A stretch of DNA of 64,000 nucleotides, from the NCBI GenBank assembly GCA_019118805.1, contig DWYG01000190.1, positions 13,434 through 77,433 of the forward strand. Reading direction: 5' to 3'. Origin of the DNA: Candidatus Gemmiger avicola (GTDB lineage: Bacteria; Bacillota; Clostridia; Oscillospirales; Ruminococcaceae). The notes below the pieces were generated by a model. It worked only from the letters and a program-made list of their open reading frames with translations, was not told the DNA's origin and did no database searches. Position numbers and translations under genes: made by a program. The first letter of the stretch is position 1. Every line of letters starts with the position of its first letter. This document shows, in pieces, positions 10,341-21,429 of the stretch.

Positions 10341-13300
10341 TTACCACCGCACGCGGATCGTCTTGATCTCGTAGGGTTTGATGACAAAGCGGATGTTGCT
10401 GCCGTCGATTTCGACCGTGTCGGTCTCTTCCTCCAGGCAGTTGCAGGCCACCGCGCTGTGGAACGGGCGGTTCCAGGTCAGGGTGACCGGGGTGCGGGCG
10501 TTCTCGCTCTCATACAGGCGCAGGATCACGCCGTCGCCGTCCTCCGCCAGCTTGACAGTCTCAAGCACCACGTTCGGCGCATCGACCGAGGCAAGGCCCA
10601 CGGCTTCGCCGGCCGTGCCGCCTGCCACCGCCAGCATCGGCTGGTTGAGGAAGTAGGCCTGCCGCACCGTGCCCGCCTGCTGCCAGCCTTCGCTGTGCGG
10701 GAAGAGGGCGTAGGTGAAGTGGTGGACTTCCTGGTCGGTGATGGGGTTCGGCTCAATGCCGGATTTAACCAGCGTCAGGGCCAGGCAGCCATCCTTGCAG
10801 GAATGACCGTACTTGCAGTCGTTGAGCAGGCTGACGCCGTAGTGGCCTTCCGAGACATCGGCCCATTTCTGGCCGCAGCTCTCGAACCGGGCGCGATCCC
10901 AGCTCGTGTTCTGGTGGGTCTTGCGGGTCAGGTTGCCGAACTGGATATCAAAGGTGGCCTGGTCGGTGTGGACATCGGCCGGGAAGAAGACCTTGAGCAG
11001 GTGCTGATGCTCATGCCAATCCACGGTGGTGACAAAGTCGATGCGGCGGGTATCCTTATAGAAATGGATATCCTGGCTGATCTTGGAATGGCTGAAGCTG
11101 CGCTCGATGTGAAGCGTCGCGCGCACCGGGCCGGTCTCGGTCCAGTTGAAGACGGTGCAGTCGGTCAGATCCCAGGATTTTTCGGTGTAGTAGACATCGA
11201 TATCCCAGTTATCGTAGTAGATCGGCTTATCCTCAAAGACGCGCAGGGCGTTGCCGGCCTGGCCGGGCTTGAAGACCTCGCGGGCGGCTTCCTTGTCAAA
11301 CAGCGCCGCAATCTGGCCGAATTCGTCGAAACGAACCGCATAGAACGGCGTTTCCAGGCTGCGGCCGTCGGCGCCGATCGTGAAGGCGGCGGGCGCTTCC
11401 GCGGCTTCGGCCGCCGCAAAGCTCTTGTGGCCCTTCGCCGGCAGGCCGCCCAGGAAGGCAACCGGGCCTTCGGCGGTCTGCTGCACCGGGTAGGTGTTGC
11501 CCTCGGCGTCGCACAGGGCGGACGCCGTGCAGGAGGCGGGCAGCGCCACGACATCGCCGCGCGCAAAACCGGTCGTGTTGAAGACGGTCACACCGTCGCC
11601 GGCCGGGGTCAGCGCCTGCAGGCGCGCTTCGGTCAGGGTGTCGATCTTGGCTGCGATCTCGGCATAATCCTGCTTGGTCACCTCGTAGACCTCATGGATC
11701 GAAGAACCGGGCAGGATATCATGGAACTGGTTGAGCAGGATGCGGTGCCACAGGTCGTCGATTTCGGCCTTCGGGTAATCGAGCGCCGGCGCGGCCAGCA
11801 CGCTGAGCAGCTCAAGATCCATCATGCCGAGCTCCGACTTGCGGTTGCCGCGCTTGTTGCGGCCCATGCTGGTCAGGGTGCCGCGGTGGTACTCGAAGTA
11901 GAGTTCACCCTCCCAGGTGGGCAGGCGGCGGTTGCCGCGCACACGGGCGTCGAGCTCTTCAAAGTATTCGCGCGCGAAGGCCTGGCGCACCTTGGGGATA
12001 CCCTCGATGCCCTTTTCCATGCGGATCGAGGTTTCGAGCATCTCGCGGGTCGGGCCGCCGCCGCCGTCGCCATAGCCGTAGGAGATCAGGATGTCGTTGT
12101 TGATCTCCTTCTGCTGGTAGCGCAGCCAGCCGCCCATGATGGAATCGGGATGGAGCTGGCCGTTGTAGGTCGTGAAGAAGTTCTTGGTCGGGTCCTGGCC
12201 GAAGTCAAGGGTCGTAACCAGATGGGTGAGCACCTCGGTGCCGTCGATGCCGCGCCACATGAAGGTGTCGTAGGGGATCTTGTTGACCTGGTTCCAGGCA
12301 AGCTTGGTGGTCATGAAGTAATCGACGCCGCACTGCTTCATGATCTGGGGCAGCGCGCCGGAGTAGCCGAAGACATCGGGCAGCCAGAGGATGCGGTTGT
12401 CAACGCCGAATTCTTCTTTGAAGAAGCGCTTGCCATAGATGAACTGCCGCACAAGGCTTTCGCCGGAGGTCAGGTTGCAGTCGGCTTCGACCCACATGCC
12501 GCCTTCAGCCTCCCAGCGGCCTTCCGCGATCCGCTGCTTGATCTGGGCGTAGAGCTCAGGGTAGCGCGCTTTCAGGAAGGCATAGAGCTGCGGCTGGCTG
12601 GACATGAACCGATAGTTCGGGTACTGCTCCATCAGGCGCAGCACGGTGGCAAAGCTGCGGCAGGCCTTTTCCTGGGTCTGGGCAACCGTCCACCACCAGG
12701 CCACGTCGATGTGGGTGTGGCCGATGCAGGAGGCAATGACCTCATCATGGCCGGCAAGGTCCTCATACAGCGCCTTGGCCAGATAGCGGCGGGCTTCGCC
12801 GACCGTCTCGTAGAAGCTTTCATCATAGGGCGTGCGCAGGTCAAGCAGGTTGACCGCCTCGTTAAGCACCCGCTCAAGGTCATGGCGGGGCTTGCCGTCG
12901 GGGTCAAGGCGGCCGAATGCGTTGAGCGGCACGACCATATCATAGTAGAGCCCTTCGATCGCGGGGTCAATTTCACGCAGGTCAACAAAGAGGCTGAACT
13001 CGTTAAACAGGATGCCGGTATAAGCCTGCAGGTCGATGCGGTAGCTGCGGCCGGCTTCCGCCTGCCGGGCAATGAGCACATCGCGGTGGTTCATATCGAC
13101 ACCCTGGGTAACCACGCCGTCAATGAAGGCGAGGAACTGCGGGTTTTTGGCGTCGTCGCCGGCGTCAAGCTGGGTCTGCACATGCAGCCAGAGCGATTTG
13201 CCGGCAAAGCTTTCGGGCACCGTGATGGTCGCGGTGAACCAGTAGTGCTTGTCGGGGCCGTACCAGTGGGTACCGGTAGGCGCCGGCACTTCCTTGCCGA

Positions 13301-13493
13301 CAAGGTAGGCGGCCATGTTGTAACCGCTTTCCCCCACAAACGGGGCGTACGGCTCGGCGGCGGCGTCCGCCTCGGCGGGGGTCAGGTAGTTGCCGGGCTT
13401 GTACTGCCAGGCCGTTACCGGAACCCGCTGGCGTACGCTGAGGCGCTTGAGCTCATCGCAGATCACGCGGATGCGCTTGTCCAAAAATTGCAT
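10341..13493 (-). CDS. GH38 alpha-mannosidase
   Basis: GHTHIDVAWWW, WLPDVFGYS, WEGELYFEYHRG and LLNQFHDILPGSSI motifs; start ATG 13493. Confidence 0.95.
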   Translation of the reverse strand: MQFLDKRIRVICDELKRLSVRQRVPVTAWQYKPGNYLTPAEADAAAEPYAPFVGESGYNMAAYLVGKEVPAPTGTHWYGPDKHYWFTATITVPESFAGKSLWLHVQTQLDAGDDAKNPQFLAFIDGVVTQGVDMNHRDVLIARQAEAGRSYRIDLQAYTGILFNEFSLFVDLREIDPAIEGLYYDMVVPLNAFGRLDPDGKPRHDLERVLNEAVNLLDLRTPYDESFYETVGEARRYLAKALYEDLAGHDEVIASCIGHTHIDVAWWWTVAQTQEKACRSFATVLRLMEQYPNYRFMSSQPQLYAFLKARYPELYAQIKQRIAEGRWEAEGGMWVEADCNLTSGESLVRQFIYGKRFFKEEFGVDNRILWLPDVFGYSGALPQIMKQCGVDYFMTTKLAWNQVNKIPYDTFMWRGIDGTEVLTHLVTTLDFGQDPTKNFFTTYNGQLHPDSIMGGWLRYQQKEINNDILISYGYGDGGGGPTREMLETSIRMEKGIEGIPKVRQAFAREYFEELDARVRGNRRLPTWEGELYFEYHRGTLTSMGRNKRGNRKSELGMMDLELLSVLAAPALDYPKAEIDDLWHRILLNQFHDILPGSSIHEVYEVTKQDYAEIAAKIDTLTEARLQALTPAGDGVTVFNTTGFARGDVVALPASCTASALCDAEGNTYPVQQTAEGPVAFLGGLPAKGHKSFAAAEAAEAPAAFTIGADGRSLETPFYAVRFDEFGQIAALFDKEAAREVFKPGQAGNALRVFEDKPIYYDNWDIDVYYTEKSWDLTDCTVFNWTETGPVRATLHIERSFSHSKISQDIHFYKDTRRIDFVTTVDWHEHQHLLKVFFPADVHTDQATFDIQFGNLTRKTHQNTSWDRARFESCGQKWADVSEGHYGVSLLNDCKYGHSCKDGCLALTLVKSGIEPNPITDQEVHHFTYALFPHSEGWQQAGTVRQAYFLNQPMLAVAGGTAGEAVGLASVDAPNVVLETVKLAEDGDGVILRLYESENARTPVTLTWNRPFHSAVACNCLEEETDTVEIDGSNIRFVIKPYEIKTIRVRW

Positions 13494-13636
13494 AGTTTTC
13501 CCTTTCTGCCGCGGCATAGCCGCGGGCTTACCCCTTTTTTGACGAAAGAATATATAAGAAAAGCGGTGTCCCGCGCGCCTGCCGGCGCGCTCGAAATGGC
13601 GCGAACCCGGGGTGTTTGCCTTGCCGCAAAGTTCCC

Positions 13637-13745
13637 GGGACGATGCAGGCATCGTCCCCTACAGGGGCAAAAGGCCAATCAGGCCGCCGGGCTGCTCTGG
13701 ATGGCCCGAACCCCCGTAGGGGCGGATGCTTGCATCCGCCCGGGG
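13637..13745. repeat. GTAG-type REP-like palindromes (pair)
   Basis: gggacgatgcaggcatcgtcccctaca and cgtaggggcggatgcttgcatccgccc. Confidence 0.7.
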
Positions 13746-13794
13746 TGTTCACGCCGCCGGCTTTCCGGGGCGCTGCGGGACGCCGCGTTCTCCC

Positions 13795-14784
13795 TTAGAA
13801 CGAATTGGCCTTGATGTAATCCAGCACGCGGTCAACGGTGGTGAAAGCCAGGCCGGTGACGGTATCGGCACAGCCGTAGTAGACGGCGATCCGGCCGGTG
13901 GGCGCATCGGCAAGCGCTGCGCAGGGGAAGGTGACGTTCGGCACGTCGCCCATGCACTCATACGGCATCTGCGGGCTGAGGATGTAATCCTTGCCGCGGG
14001 CCTTGACCTTCCAGGGTTCGTCAAGGTCGAGCAGCGCGGCGCCGATGCGGTAGACATAGCCGTTGCAGGTCATGATAACGCCGTGATAGATCAGCAGCCA
14101 GCCTTCGTCGGTTTCGATCGGGATCGGGCCGGGGCCGATCTTCAGGCTCTGCCAGGCGCTCTCATCGCCCTTGACTGCGCCCATCATGAAGCGGTGGCGG
14201 CCCCAGTAGATGAGGTCCTCGCTCTGGCTGACAAAGATATCACCGAACGGGGTGTGGCCGGTATCCGAAGGACGGCTCATCATCATGTAGCGGCCCTGGA
14301 TCTTGCGCGGGAAGAGCACGCCGTTGCGGTTGTAGGGCAGGAAGGCGTTTTCCAGCTGGTGGAAGGTCTTGAAATCCTCGGTCCAGGCGATGCCGATCGT
14401 GGGGCCGTGGTAGCCGTTGCACCAGGTGACGTAATACTTGCCGTCAATCTCGCAGACGCGGGGGTCGTAGCGGTATTCGCGCTTGGTGACTTCGGGGTCT
14501 TCACCGACAAGGTGGATCGGCTCATCATCGATCTGCCAGTGGATGCCGTCCTTTGAGAAGCCGGCAAAGATATCCATGCTGATCGAGAGGCTGTCGCAGC
14601 GGAACACACCCGCAAAGCCGTCGCCATACGGCACAACGGCCGAGTTGAAGACGCTGTTCGACCGCTTGTTGCCGTCACGGCCGATGATCGGGTTCGCATC
14701 GTACCGCCACAGCGGGGTGCGCAGGGTTTCGGGTGGGTCCTGCCAGGGGATGTTGGGCAGCGGTTTACCAATAATCTTAGCCAT
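13795..14784 (-). CDS. GH130 beta-mannoside phosphorylase (beta-1,4-mannooligosaccharide / Man-GlcNAc phosphorylase type)
   Basis: [47 protein letters not shown] and YYGCADT motifs. Confidence 0.9.
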   Translation of the reverse strand: MAKIIGKPLPNIPWQDPPETLRTPLWRYDANPIIGRDGNKRSNSVFNSAVVPYGDGFAGVFRCDSLSISMDIFAGFSKDGIHWQIDDEPIHLVGEDPEVTKREYRYDPRVCEIDGKYYVTWCNGYHGPTIGIAWTEDFKTFHQLENAFLPYNRNGVLFPRKIQGRYMMMSRPSDTGHTPFGDIFVSQSEDLIYWGRHRFMMGAVKGDESAWQSLKIGPGPIPIETDEGWLLIYHGVIMTCNGYVYRIGAALLDLDEPWKVKARGKDYILSPQMPYECMGDVPNVTFPCAALADAPTGRIAVYYGCADTVTGLAFTTVDRVLDYIKANSF

Positions 14785-14796
14785 AGGGATTCTCCT

Positions 14797-17181
14797 TTAT
14801 TTCAGCATTCTGACGCAGGGCGCGAACATCATTTCATGCAGTTCGTCCATCGCGCGGGTTGGGTCGGTTTCGTCGGTCAGGGAGAGGGTGTAGCGGAACT
14901 CGCCGTAGCCGGCGAGGTTGAGCTGGAAGTTTGTCTCCCAGGTGTTGTTCATCAGCCAGGAGGCGACCGGCCGGGCGTTGTCAGCCGGGTCGTTTTGGCA
15001 GAGCTTGATGGCGTGGTGGCGCATCTCGCCGAAAGTATACAGCGGCACATCGTAGCTGGCGACCAGCACGCCGCCCCCTTCGCCCAAAAGCGCAAGGCCG
15101 TCGTCGCTCATCGTGTATTCCATGCCGGTGCCGGGCAGCTGGTCAACGCCGGGGCGGTAGGCTTCCCGCCCGCCTTTGCGCGCCCAAAGCTGCCGGCCGG
15201 GCAGCTGCAAATCAAGCGGCAGGTAAACGCTCTCGATATCGCTTGTCATCGTTTTGCCAAGCTGCAGGGTCACTTCAATCCGGGGCAGGTCCTCATAGAA
15301 CTGCAGGATGACGGCGCAGTTCGCCGCGCCGGGCAGCGTGCAGGTCAGCCGGATGCGGGTAAAGACCGGGCCGCGCTCCTCACAATCGACGGCCGTGATG
15401 ATGGCTTGCGTGGCGACGGCGTGGGCGCCGCGGATGTTGCGGCCGAGCAGGCGGCGTTCTTCATACACATCGGTAACGCCGGGGCGCACGGCCGTGACCT
15501 CATAAACCGGAAGCAGCGGGCAGGGGCCTTCGGTGGGCAGCAGTTCGGCGCCGGTGCGCTTGTCCACCAGGGTGGTCAGTTTGCCGCCGACGGTATAGCC
15601 GATCTTGAACCAGCGGTTTTCAAAGCCATAGGGCAGCTTGTAGCTGACGGGGTCGTAATCATTCACGATATCCCGAATCCGCTCGGCCCCGACATAGCAT
15701 TTCCGGGTGTTGAGGGTCTTCGGGGTTGCAGGTTTCGCCCCATAGGTATAGCATGTGGAACCGCCCGCGTCAAGAGGTCTGACAAAAGAAATTCTGCGCC
15801 CGCGCGGGTGGGGGCTGACCTGGCAGGGAATCTCACGTCCCTGCGCATCTTTTACCCAGGCGTCCGGCATGCCGGCCGGCAGCGTTTCCACATAGAATTC
15901 TACCGGCTGCGGGCCCGAAATCTTGCTCGGGTTCACAACCCTGATTTCGCCGGCCGTGGCATAGTACCGCAGGGAATCGCCCTGGTCGGCCGCAATGCGG
16001 GCCAGCATTTTGGCGGCGGCCTCGTGCGCGGCGCTTGCATAGCCGGTTTTGCGGATGTCCAGGTCGTTCGCCATGGTCAGGCAGGGGTCGGTGATGCTGC
16101 CCGAATGCCCCCAGGTGTGCTCGGCATAGAGCAGCAGGTTATCCTGCGCCTGGCGGGCCAGGGCGGGGGCGGCTTCCTCAATGCCGGGCTCAAGCCGGCG
16201 GGCCAGCGCATAGTTGCGGCGGGCCGCCAGGTAATGCTTGACCGCATACGGGGTGGAGCCAACGCCGTTGGCCCACCAATCGTTGAAATCGCCGGTGTAG
16301 ACGGGGGCGTCGGCCAGGCGCGGGGCGATGGCCGCGGCAAGCTCCTGCAAACTGACCATCTCGATGCGGACTTCGTTGCCATAGCGGGCGTTGTAGGCTT
16401 CGATCGTGTCCAGGATCAGCGGTTCGGGCGGGGCGTTGTCACTGAAAACGCCGGACACCGCCGCAACCAGGAAGTCATACCCATAGCCGTTTTGCTCACA
16501 TTCGGTGACATAGTGCTGCAGGTTCTGGTGCAGCGCTTCCACATCATCGGCCGGCTGCGGGGCGTCGCCCAGGCGGTCGATGGTCATAAAGTTCGGGGTG
16601 TGGTTCGGCCGCAGGCCCAGCACATTGCCAAGGTTGTAATGTTCACCGTTCCAGACCAGCAGCTTCCTGCCGTCCGCAGCCTGCCAGAAGTATGCGTTCT
16701 GGTTCTGGTAAAGCGGGTACATGCCGTGGTGGCAGTGGACGTTGGTGAACAAAAAGTCTACCCCGGCATCCAGCAGCGCATCCCGCTGGCCCATGGAAAG
16801 GCCATTGATATCGGCGCACATGGCTGTGTGCAGCCGGATGCCGGCTGCGGCAAAGGTATCCCGCCAGTCGGCCAGGCGCCGTGCCAGCACCTCACAATCA
16901 ACCAGGTCGGTAAAGTTGAGATAGTTGGCCGAAAGGCCGATCTTGCCTTCCCGCGCAAGCGCCAGGAAAGCCTGTTGTTCGGCCGGGGCGGTTTCGGCAA
17001 AGAACTGTTCGACGCAATACAGGGTTTCGCAGTTCCAGCGGAAAGCCGGGCGCGCCTGGGTCATGGTGACGGCTGTGCGGATGTAGTCCACCTGCTGGGC
17101 GGTGACACGCTCCTGCAGGTCGGTATAGCCGATATCGGTGTGGGAATGATGGACGGCATAAAGGGTACGGATTTTAGACAT
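14797..17181 (-). CDS. Divergent GH38-like (N-terminal domain) glycoside hydrolase
   Basis: HHSHTDIGYT Zn-binding-type motif, DING, YAEHTWG and NNTWETNF; start ATG 17181 with GAGGTG RBS. Confidence 0.7.
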   Translation of the reverse strand: MSKIRTLYAVHHSHTDIGYTDLQERVTAQQVDYIRTAVTMTQARPAFRWNCETLYCVEQFFAETAPAEQQAFLALAREGKIGLSANYLNFTDLVDCEVLARRLADWRDTFAAAGIRLHTAMCADINGLSMGQRDALLDAGVDFLFTNVHCHHGMYPLYQNQNAYFWQAADGRKLLVWNGEHYNLGNVLGLRPNHTPNFMTIDRLGDAPQPADDVEALHQNLQHYVTECEQNGYGYDFLVAAVSGVFSDNAPPEPLILDTIEAYNARYGNEVRIEMVSLQELAAAIAPRLADAPVYTGDFNDWWANGVGSTPYAVKHYLAARRNYALARRLEPGIEEAAPALARQAQDNLLLYAEHTWGHSGSITDPCLTMANDLDIRKTGYASAAHEAAAKMLARIAADQGDSLRYYATAGEIRVVNPSKISGPQPVEFYVETLPAGMPDAWVKDAQGREIPCQVSPHPRGRRISFVRPLDAGGSTCYTYGAKPATPKTLNTRKCYVGAERIRDIVNDYDPVSYKLPYGFENRWFKIGYTVGGKLTTLVDKRTGAELLPTEGPCPLLPVYEVTAVRPGVTDVYEERRLLGRNIRGAHAVATQAIITAVDCEERGPVFTRIRLTCTLPGAANCAVILQFYEDLPRIEVTLQLGKTMTSDIESVYLPLDLQLPGRQLWARKGGREAYRPGVDQLPGTGMEYTMSDDGLALLGEGGGVLVASYDVPLYTFGEMRHHAIKLCQNDPADNARPVASWLMNNTWETNFQLNLAGYGEFRYTLSLTDETDPTRAMDELHEMMFAPCVRMLK

Positions 17182-17483
17182 GATGGTCACCTCGGGGGTG
17201 TGGTTTGTTTGCAGGGGCGGATGGTTGCAGCCGCCCGCTGGGGTGCGGTTCGCAAAAATCCCCGCATACAAAACCGCCGCTCAGCGGGCGGATAAACGAG
17301 CCGTTTGTTCAAAAAGATTTTGATCAATGGGGCGGCGGCTTAGCGCCGCCCCCGGCTGTTTTCTCCTGTCGCGCTAAGCGGCGGCTGTTGGGGTGATTGG
17401 GTCATAGCGCCGGGGCGGGGCCCTGCGCTGTGGTCAGCCGGCCTGCATGCCGGCAGCGATAGTCCGTGTCAAACGTCTTCGGT

Positions 17484-19004
17484 TCAGGAAGCGCTCTCAG
17501 CGGTGGCGGGGTTCGAAGCCATGAAGGCATCGACCTGGCTCTGGGCCTCGGTCATGACATCCTGGAAGCCGGCGCCGTTGAGTTCTTCCATCATCTGGGG
17601 AACCAGCTCGGCCGGGTCACGGGTGCCGGTCAGAAGCTCGCTCTTGTACTTTTCGCAGATGGTGATGCAGTTCTGCACCTGGTCACGGACGGGCTCGATA
17701 TCCATCGAGAAGCCCAGGAGCACAGAGGGCTCGGCGGCGGCGTTCAGTTCCTCAACTTCGTCATACTGGTTGAAGTCGAATTCGTCGCTCGGGGTGACGG
17801 TGAAGAAGCTGCCCTGGGTGTAGCCGGCCATCGACCAATCGGCGTTGTTCTTGTGAACCTTCGTCTTGGTCTCGTCGGTGTAATCCCAGTTGTCGCCCTG
17901 GACGCCGTAGTAGAACAGGTCGCGGACATAGGTGTCGGTGTTGACGATTTCCAGAAGCTGGAGAGCCTTATCGGGGTGCGCAGAGTTGTTGGAGATGCAG
18001 CTGATCGAGCCGCGGACGGAGTCGTTCGAGACGATGGTCGGACCCCACTGGGCGACGGAGACGGTGGTGCCCATGCCCGGGCCCCAGGTGGTTTCGGCAG
18101 CGCCGGACCAGCCCTGGGCGATCGAAGCGGCCTTGTAGCTGTTGTCTTCGGAAGCGGTGGCGGCGTCAGAGTTGATGATGCCGCTCTGGTACCAGCTGCG
18201 GAGCAGGTTCAGGTACTCGGTGATGTCGGGCTGCTCAAAGATCGAGACAACCTTGGCTTCGGTGTCATTGTACTTGACGCCCATGCCGATGATGCCGGCG
18301 CCCAGCGTGTCGTACTGATAGGTCAGGTAGGTCGCGGCAGAGCTGGACAGCGGCCATGCAGCCTGGCCGGAGCCATCGGTGATGGCCTGCAGGGCCTCGG
18401 TCAGTTCGGGGTCGGTCAGATCGGTGAAGGTGGACGGATCATAGTCCGGCGCATACTGCTCAAAGGCGTCGTCGGCCATGACCAGGTACTGGGTGATGGA
18501 GGAGTCCTTCATGGCGGGCACGCCGTAGATCTGGCCGTTCACGCGCATGGCATCCCAGTAATCATCGGGGATGGAAGCTTTCAGGTCAGGGGTGCTGTCG
18601 AGCAGCTCGGTGATGTCATAGAACGCGCCGGTCGAGACATCGTTGGTGTAGGTGTTCAGGTTGGTGAACAGGATGTCATACTCGCCGGCGGTGTTCACGA
18701 CGACGTTGCGGCGGGTATCCCAGTCGCCCCAGCCGACGACTTCCATATCGACGTTGACGCCGATCTTTTCCTCGAGGTAGGGGTTGACCTGCTCGAGCCA
18801 GGCATCATAGTTGGAGGGCATGCCGTTGCCGACGGTGATCCACTTAATGGTGACGACCTCGTCCGTAGCCGCGGTCGAAGCAGAGCCGGCGTCGCTGCCG
18901 GTTTCACCCGTCGCAGCCGAGGAGCCGCTGCCGCCGCAGGCTGCGAGGCTGAGCGCCATCGCACCGGTCAGGCCCAGCGAGACAAGTTTCATGTACTTTT
19001 TCAT
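17484..19004 (-). CDS. Carbohydrate ABC transporter substrate-binding lipoprotein
   Basis: Signal peptide with lipobox LAAC, Ser/Ala/Thr-rich linker, EAQSQVDAF C-terminus; adjacent to two permeases. Confidence 0.9.
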   Translation of the reverse strand: MKKYMKLVSLGLTGAMALSLAACGGSGSSAATGETGSDAGSASTAATDEVVTIKWITVGNGMPSNYDAWLEQVNPYLEEKIGVNVDMEVVGWGDWDTRRNVVVNTAGEYDILFTNLNTYTNDVSTGAFYDITELLDSTPDLKASIPDDYWDAMRVNGQIYGVPAMKDSSITQYLVMADDAFEQYAPDYDPSTFTDLTDPELTEALQAITDGSGQAAWPLSSSAATYLTYQYDTLGAGIIGMGVKYNDTEAKVVSIFEQPDITEYLNLLRSWYQSGIINSDAATASEDNSYKAASIAQGWSGAAETTWGPGMGTTVSVAQWGPTIVSNDSVRGSISCISNNSAHPDKALQLLEIVNTDTYVRDLFYYGVQGDNWDYTDETKTKVHKNNADWSMAGYTQGSFFTVTPSDEFDFNQYDEVEELNAAAEPSVLLGFSMDIEPVRDQVQNCITICEKYKSELLTGTRDPAELVPQMMEELNGAGFQDVMTEAQSQVDAFMASNPATAESAS

Positions 19005-19079
19005 GGTTTTCTCCTTTGGGTTGGTGGTTGAAATATACTTACAGGCCGGTAACGTTCCGGCCGGAAGCCGAATACAGGA

Positions 19080-20045
19080 TCAGCCCTTGACAGCGCCGAC
19101 AGTCAGGCCGGAGATGAAGTACTTCTGGAAGAACGGATAGGCGCAGGCGATGGGCACGACGATGATGGTCGCGATGGCCATGCGGACCGATTCAGAAGGC
19201 ATCTGGTTGCGGTACTGCTGCAGGCTCAGGCCGGCGGTCGGGTTGTTGGCGAGGTAGTCGAGCTGGCCCATCATGGTGTTCAGCAACGGCTGCAGGCCGC
19301 GCAGGTTGTCCTTGGTGATATACAGGGCGGCCTGGAGCCAGTCGTTCCAGTAACCGAAGGTCAGGAACAGCGCGACGGTGGCAAACACCGGCTTCGAGAT
19401 CGGCACAACGATCCGGGCAAAGATGGTCAGCTGGGAAGCGCCGTCGATCTTGGCAGATTCAATGATCGAATCGGGAATGGTCTGGCGGAAGAAGGTTTTG
19501 CTGATGGTGACGTTCCAGCTGGAAACCGCCAGCGGCAGAACCAGGCACCAGATGGTATCGTTGAGATGCAGGATGTTCGAAGTGACGACGTAGTTCGCGA
19601 CCATGCCGCCGGTGAAGATCATCGGGATAAAGACAACCCACTGCATGAACCCGCGCAGCTTGTACTGCGGGCGGGAGAGCACATAGCCCATCATGGTGGT
19701 CAGCAGCACGCCGATGACGGTGCCGAGCACCGTGACTTCGATCGAGACAAGCAGCGACTGGATGATCATATCGCGTTCGTTCCAAAGGAATTCATACGCG
19801 GCGGAGGAGAAGCTCTGCGGGATCAGCGCATAGCCGATGTTGCGGATCGATTCTTCCGAGGAAATCGAGATCATCAAAACGAAGATGAACGGGAAGATAC
19901 AGATGAACGACAGGATGACGAACATCACGTTGAAGACGGCGTTGGTCGCCGGCTTGATCTGATTCAGGCGGAACCCGGCCTCGGCCTCTTCCCGCTCAAT
20001 GCGCTTTTCGGCACGCTTTTCGGCGCGCTTTTCGGAAATGGTCAT
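19080..20045 (-). CDS. Carbohydrate ABC transporter permease (MalG/LplC type)
   Basis: EAA loop ESAKIDGAS; YPFFQKYF..GAVKG C-terminus. Confidence 0.92.
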   Translation of the reverse strand: MTISEKRAEKRAEKRIEREEAEAGFRLNQIKPATNAVFNVMFVILSFICIFPFIFVLMISISSEESIRNIGYALIPQSFSSAAYEFLWNERDMIIQSLLVSIEVTVLGTVIGVLLTTMMGYVLSRPQYKLRGFMQWVVFIPMIFTGGMVANYVVTSNILHLNDTIWCLVLPLAVSSWNVTISKTFFRQTIPDSIIESAKIDGASQLTIFARIVVPISKPVFATVALFLTFGYWNDWLQAALYITKDNLRGLQPLLNTMMGQLDYLANNPTAGLSLQQYRNQMPSESVRMAIATIIVVPIACAYPFFQKYFISGLTVGAVKG

Positions 20046-20057
20046 GGTGTTCCCTCC

Positions 20058-21029
20058 TTAGATGATGGCGCTGTCGGGGTCGATCTTCGAAACGATGTGG
20101 TTCGTGATCAACACGGTGATGCAGCAGCAAACCGACTGGAACAGACCGGCGGCGGCCGTCTGGGCGATGTTGGCCTGCGAACGCAGCATCATGAAGATGT
20201 AGGTATCGAAGGTGGACGCGATGTTGTACAGCGAGTTGGGCAGGCCCTGGGTAACCTGGTAGAACAGGCCGAAGTCAGAATAGAAGATGTGGCCGATATT
20301 CAGGATGAACATCATGATGATCATCGGGCGGATGGTCGGGATGGTGATGTACTTGGCCTGCTGCCACTTGGTGGCGCCGTCCAGGATGGCGGCCTCATAC
20401 ATGGTGGTGTCGATGCCGGTGATCGAAGCAAGGTAGACGACCATGTTGTAGCCCATCGACTTCCAGGTTGACATGAAGATCAGGATGGCCGGCCAGAACT
20501 GCGGCGAGGAATACCACATGATCTTTTCGCCGCCGAACGCCTGGATGATGCTGTTGAACAGGCCCCTATCCGGGTTCAGGAAGGCGTAGACAAAGTAGCT
20601 GACGACGACCCAGGACATGAAGTAGGGGAAGAACATCAGGGTCTGGTAGCACTTGGAAGCGAGTTTGGAGAACAGCTGGTTGATGACGATGGCCAGCGTG
20701 ACCGGGACAACCAGGTTGATGATGATGAAGATCAGGTTGTACAGCAGGGTGTTGCGCAGCAGCATCATAAAGGTGTTGCTGGTCAAAAAGAAGGTGAAGT
20801 TTTTGAACCCGGCCCAATCACTGGCGAACAGGCTGCCCAAAAAGCCCATGCCGGGCTGCAGGCGATAATCCTTAAACGCGACAATCAAGCCGAACAGTGG
20901 CAGGTATGCGAAGACCGCAAACCAGATGGCGGCGGGCAGGCCCAGCAGGGTCAGCTCGGTATCGTCCCGTGTCCAGCGGGACTTTTTGCGCTTGGCGAGC
21001 TTGGGCGTTGCCTCTTTTTCGTTTTTCAT
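20058..21029 (-). CDS. Carbohydrate ABC transporter permease (MalF/LplB type)
   Basis: YEAAILDGATKWQQ EAA loop; PYFMSWVVV. Confidence 0.92.
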   Translation of the reverse strand: MKNEKEATPKLAKRKKSRWTRDDTELTLLGLPAAIWFAVFAYLPLFGLIVAFKDYRLQPGMGFLGSLFASDWAGFKNFTFFLTSNTFMMLLRNTLLYNLIFIIINLVVPVTLAIVINQLFSKLASKCYQTLMFFPYFMSWVVVSYFVYAFLNPDRGLFNSIIQAFGGEKIMWYSSPQFWPAILIFMSTWKSMGYNMVVYLASITGIDTTMYEAAILDGATKWQQAKYITIPTIRPMIIMMFILNIGHIFYSDFGLFYQVTQGLPNSLYNIASTFDTYIFMMLRSQANIAQTAAAGLFQSVCCCITVLITNHIVSKIDPDSAII

Positions 21030-21074
21030 TGGCGACTCCTTTCTTCCGTTTACGATACGTGCACAGGGCCTGTC

Positions 21075-21340
21075 TCAGTTAACCCAACTTGTTAACAGAG
21101 TAACCGCTCAGGCCGCTGTGCGCCAAAATTGTTAATTTCATATTAACTTTCTGTGATGGATTTGTCAATCGTCAACCTGTACAAAAAGCACGCCGAATTA
21201 TTGGTTGTAATAATTTGTCATGTCTTTGGGTAAATCTTTTGTCGAATCCGCCCAAAGCCGCATACTGACGCCGTTGGCAGGCTTTCGTTAACATTACTTA
21301 ACTTTTTATTGCTTTTTCCGCGTTTTTCCGGTATAATAGG
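21075..21340. promoter_or_regulatory. AT-rich divergent control region with repeated GTTAAC-centred palindromes (candidate LacI operators) and a TATAAT -10 for the regulator
   Basis: agttaac at about 21078, ttgttaaca at about 21089, cgttaacat at about 21286; tataat 21332-21337. Confidence 0.5.
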
Positions 21341-21429
21341 TACAGAGTTATCGAACGTTGCGGCGGCAGGCCGGCCGCCGCCCCCTTTTCCCCGGATTCC
21401 CCCTTGTTATGGAAGGAGGCCTTTCCCCC

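Noticed and set aside
6720..13814. Very long + strand ORFs (1064 aa and 1118 aa)
   Set aside because: Antisense shadows of the GH20/MFS and GH38 genes caused by GC-rich codon bias; no motifs or RBS
17270..17470. Structured intergenic region as an ncRNA
   Set aside because: Hairpins after a solute-binding-protein gene are adequately explained as mRNA stabiliser/attenuator and decayed REP sequence
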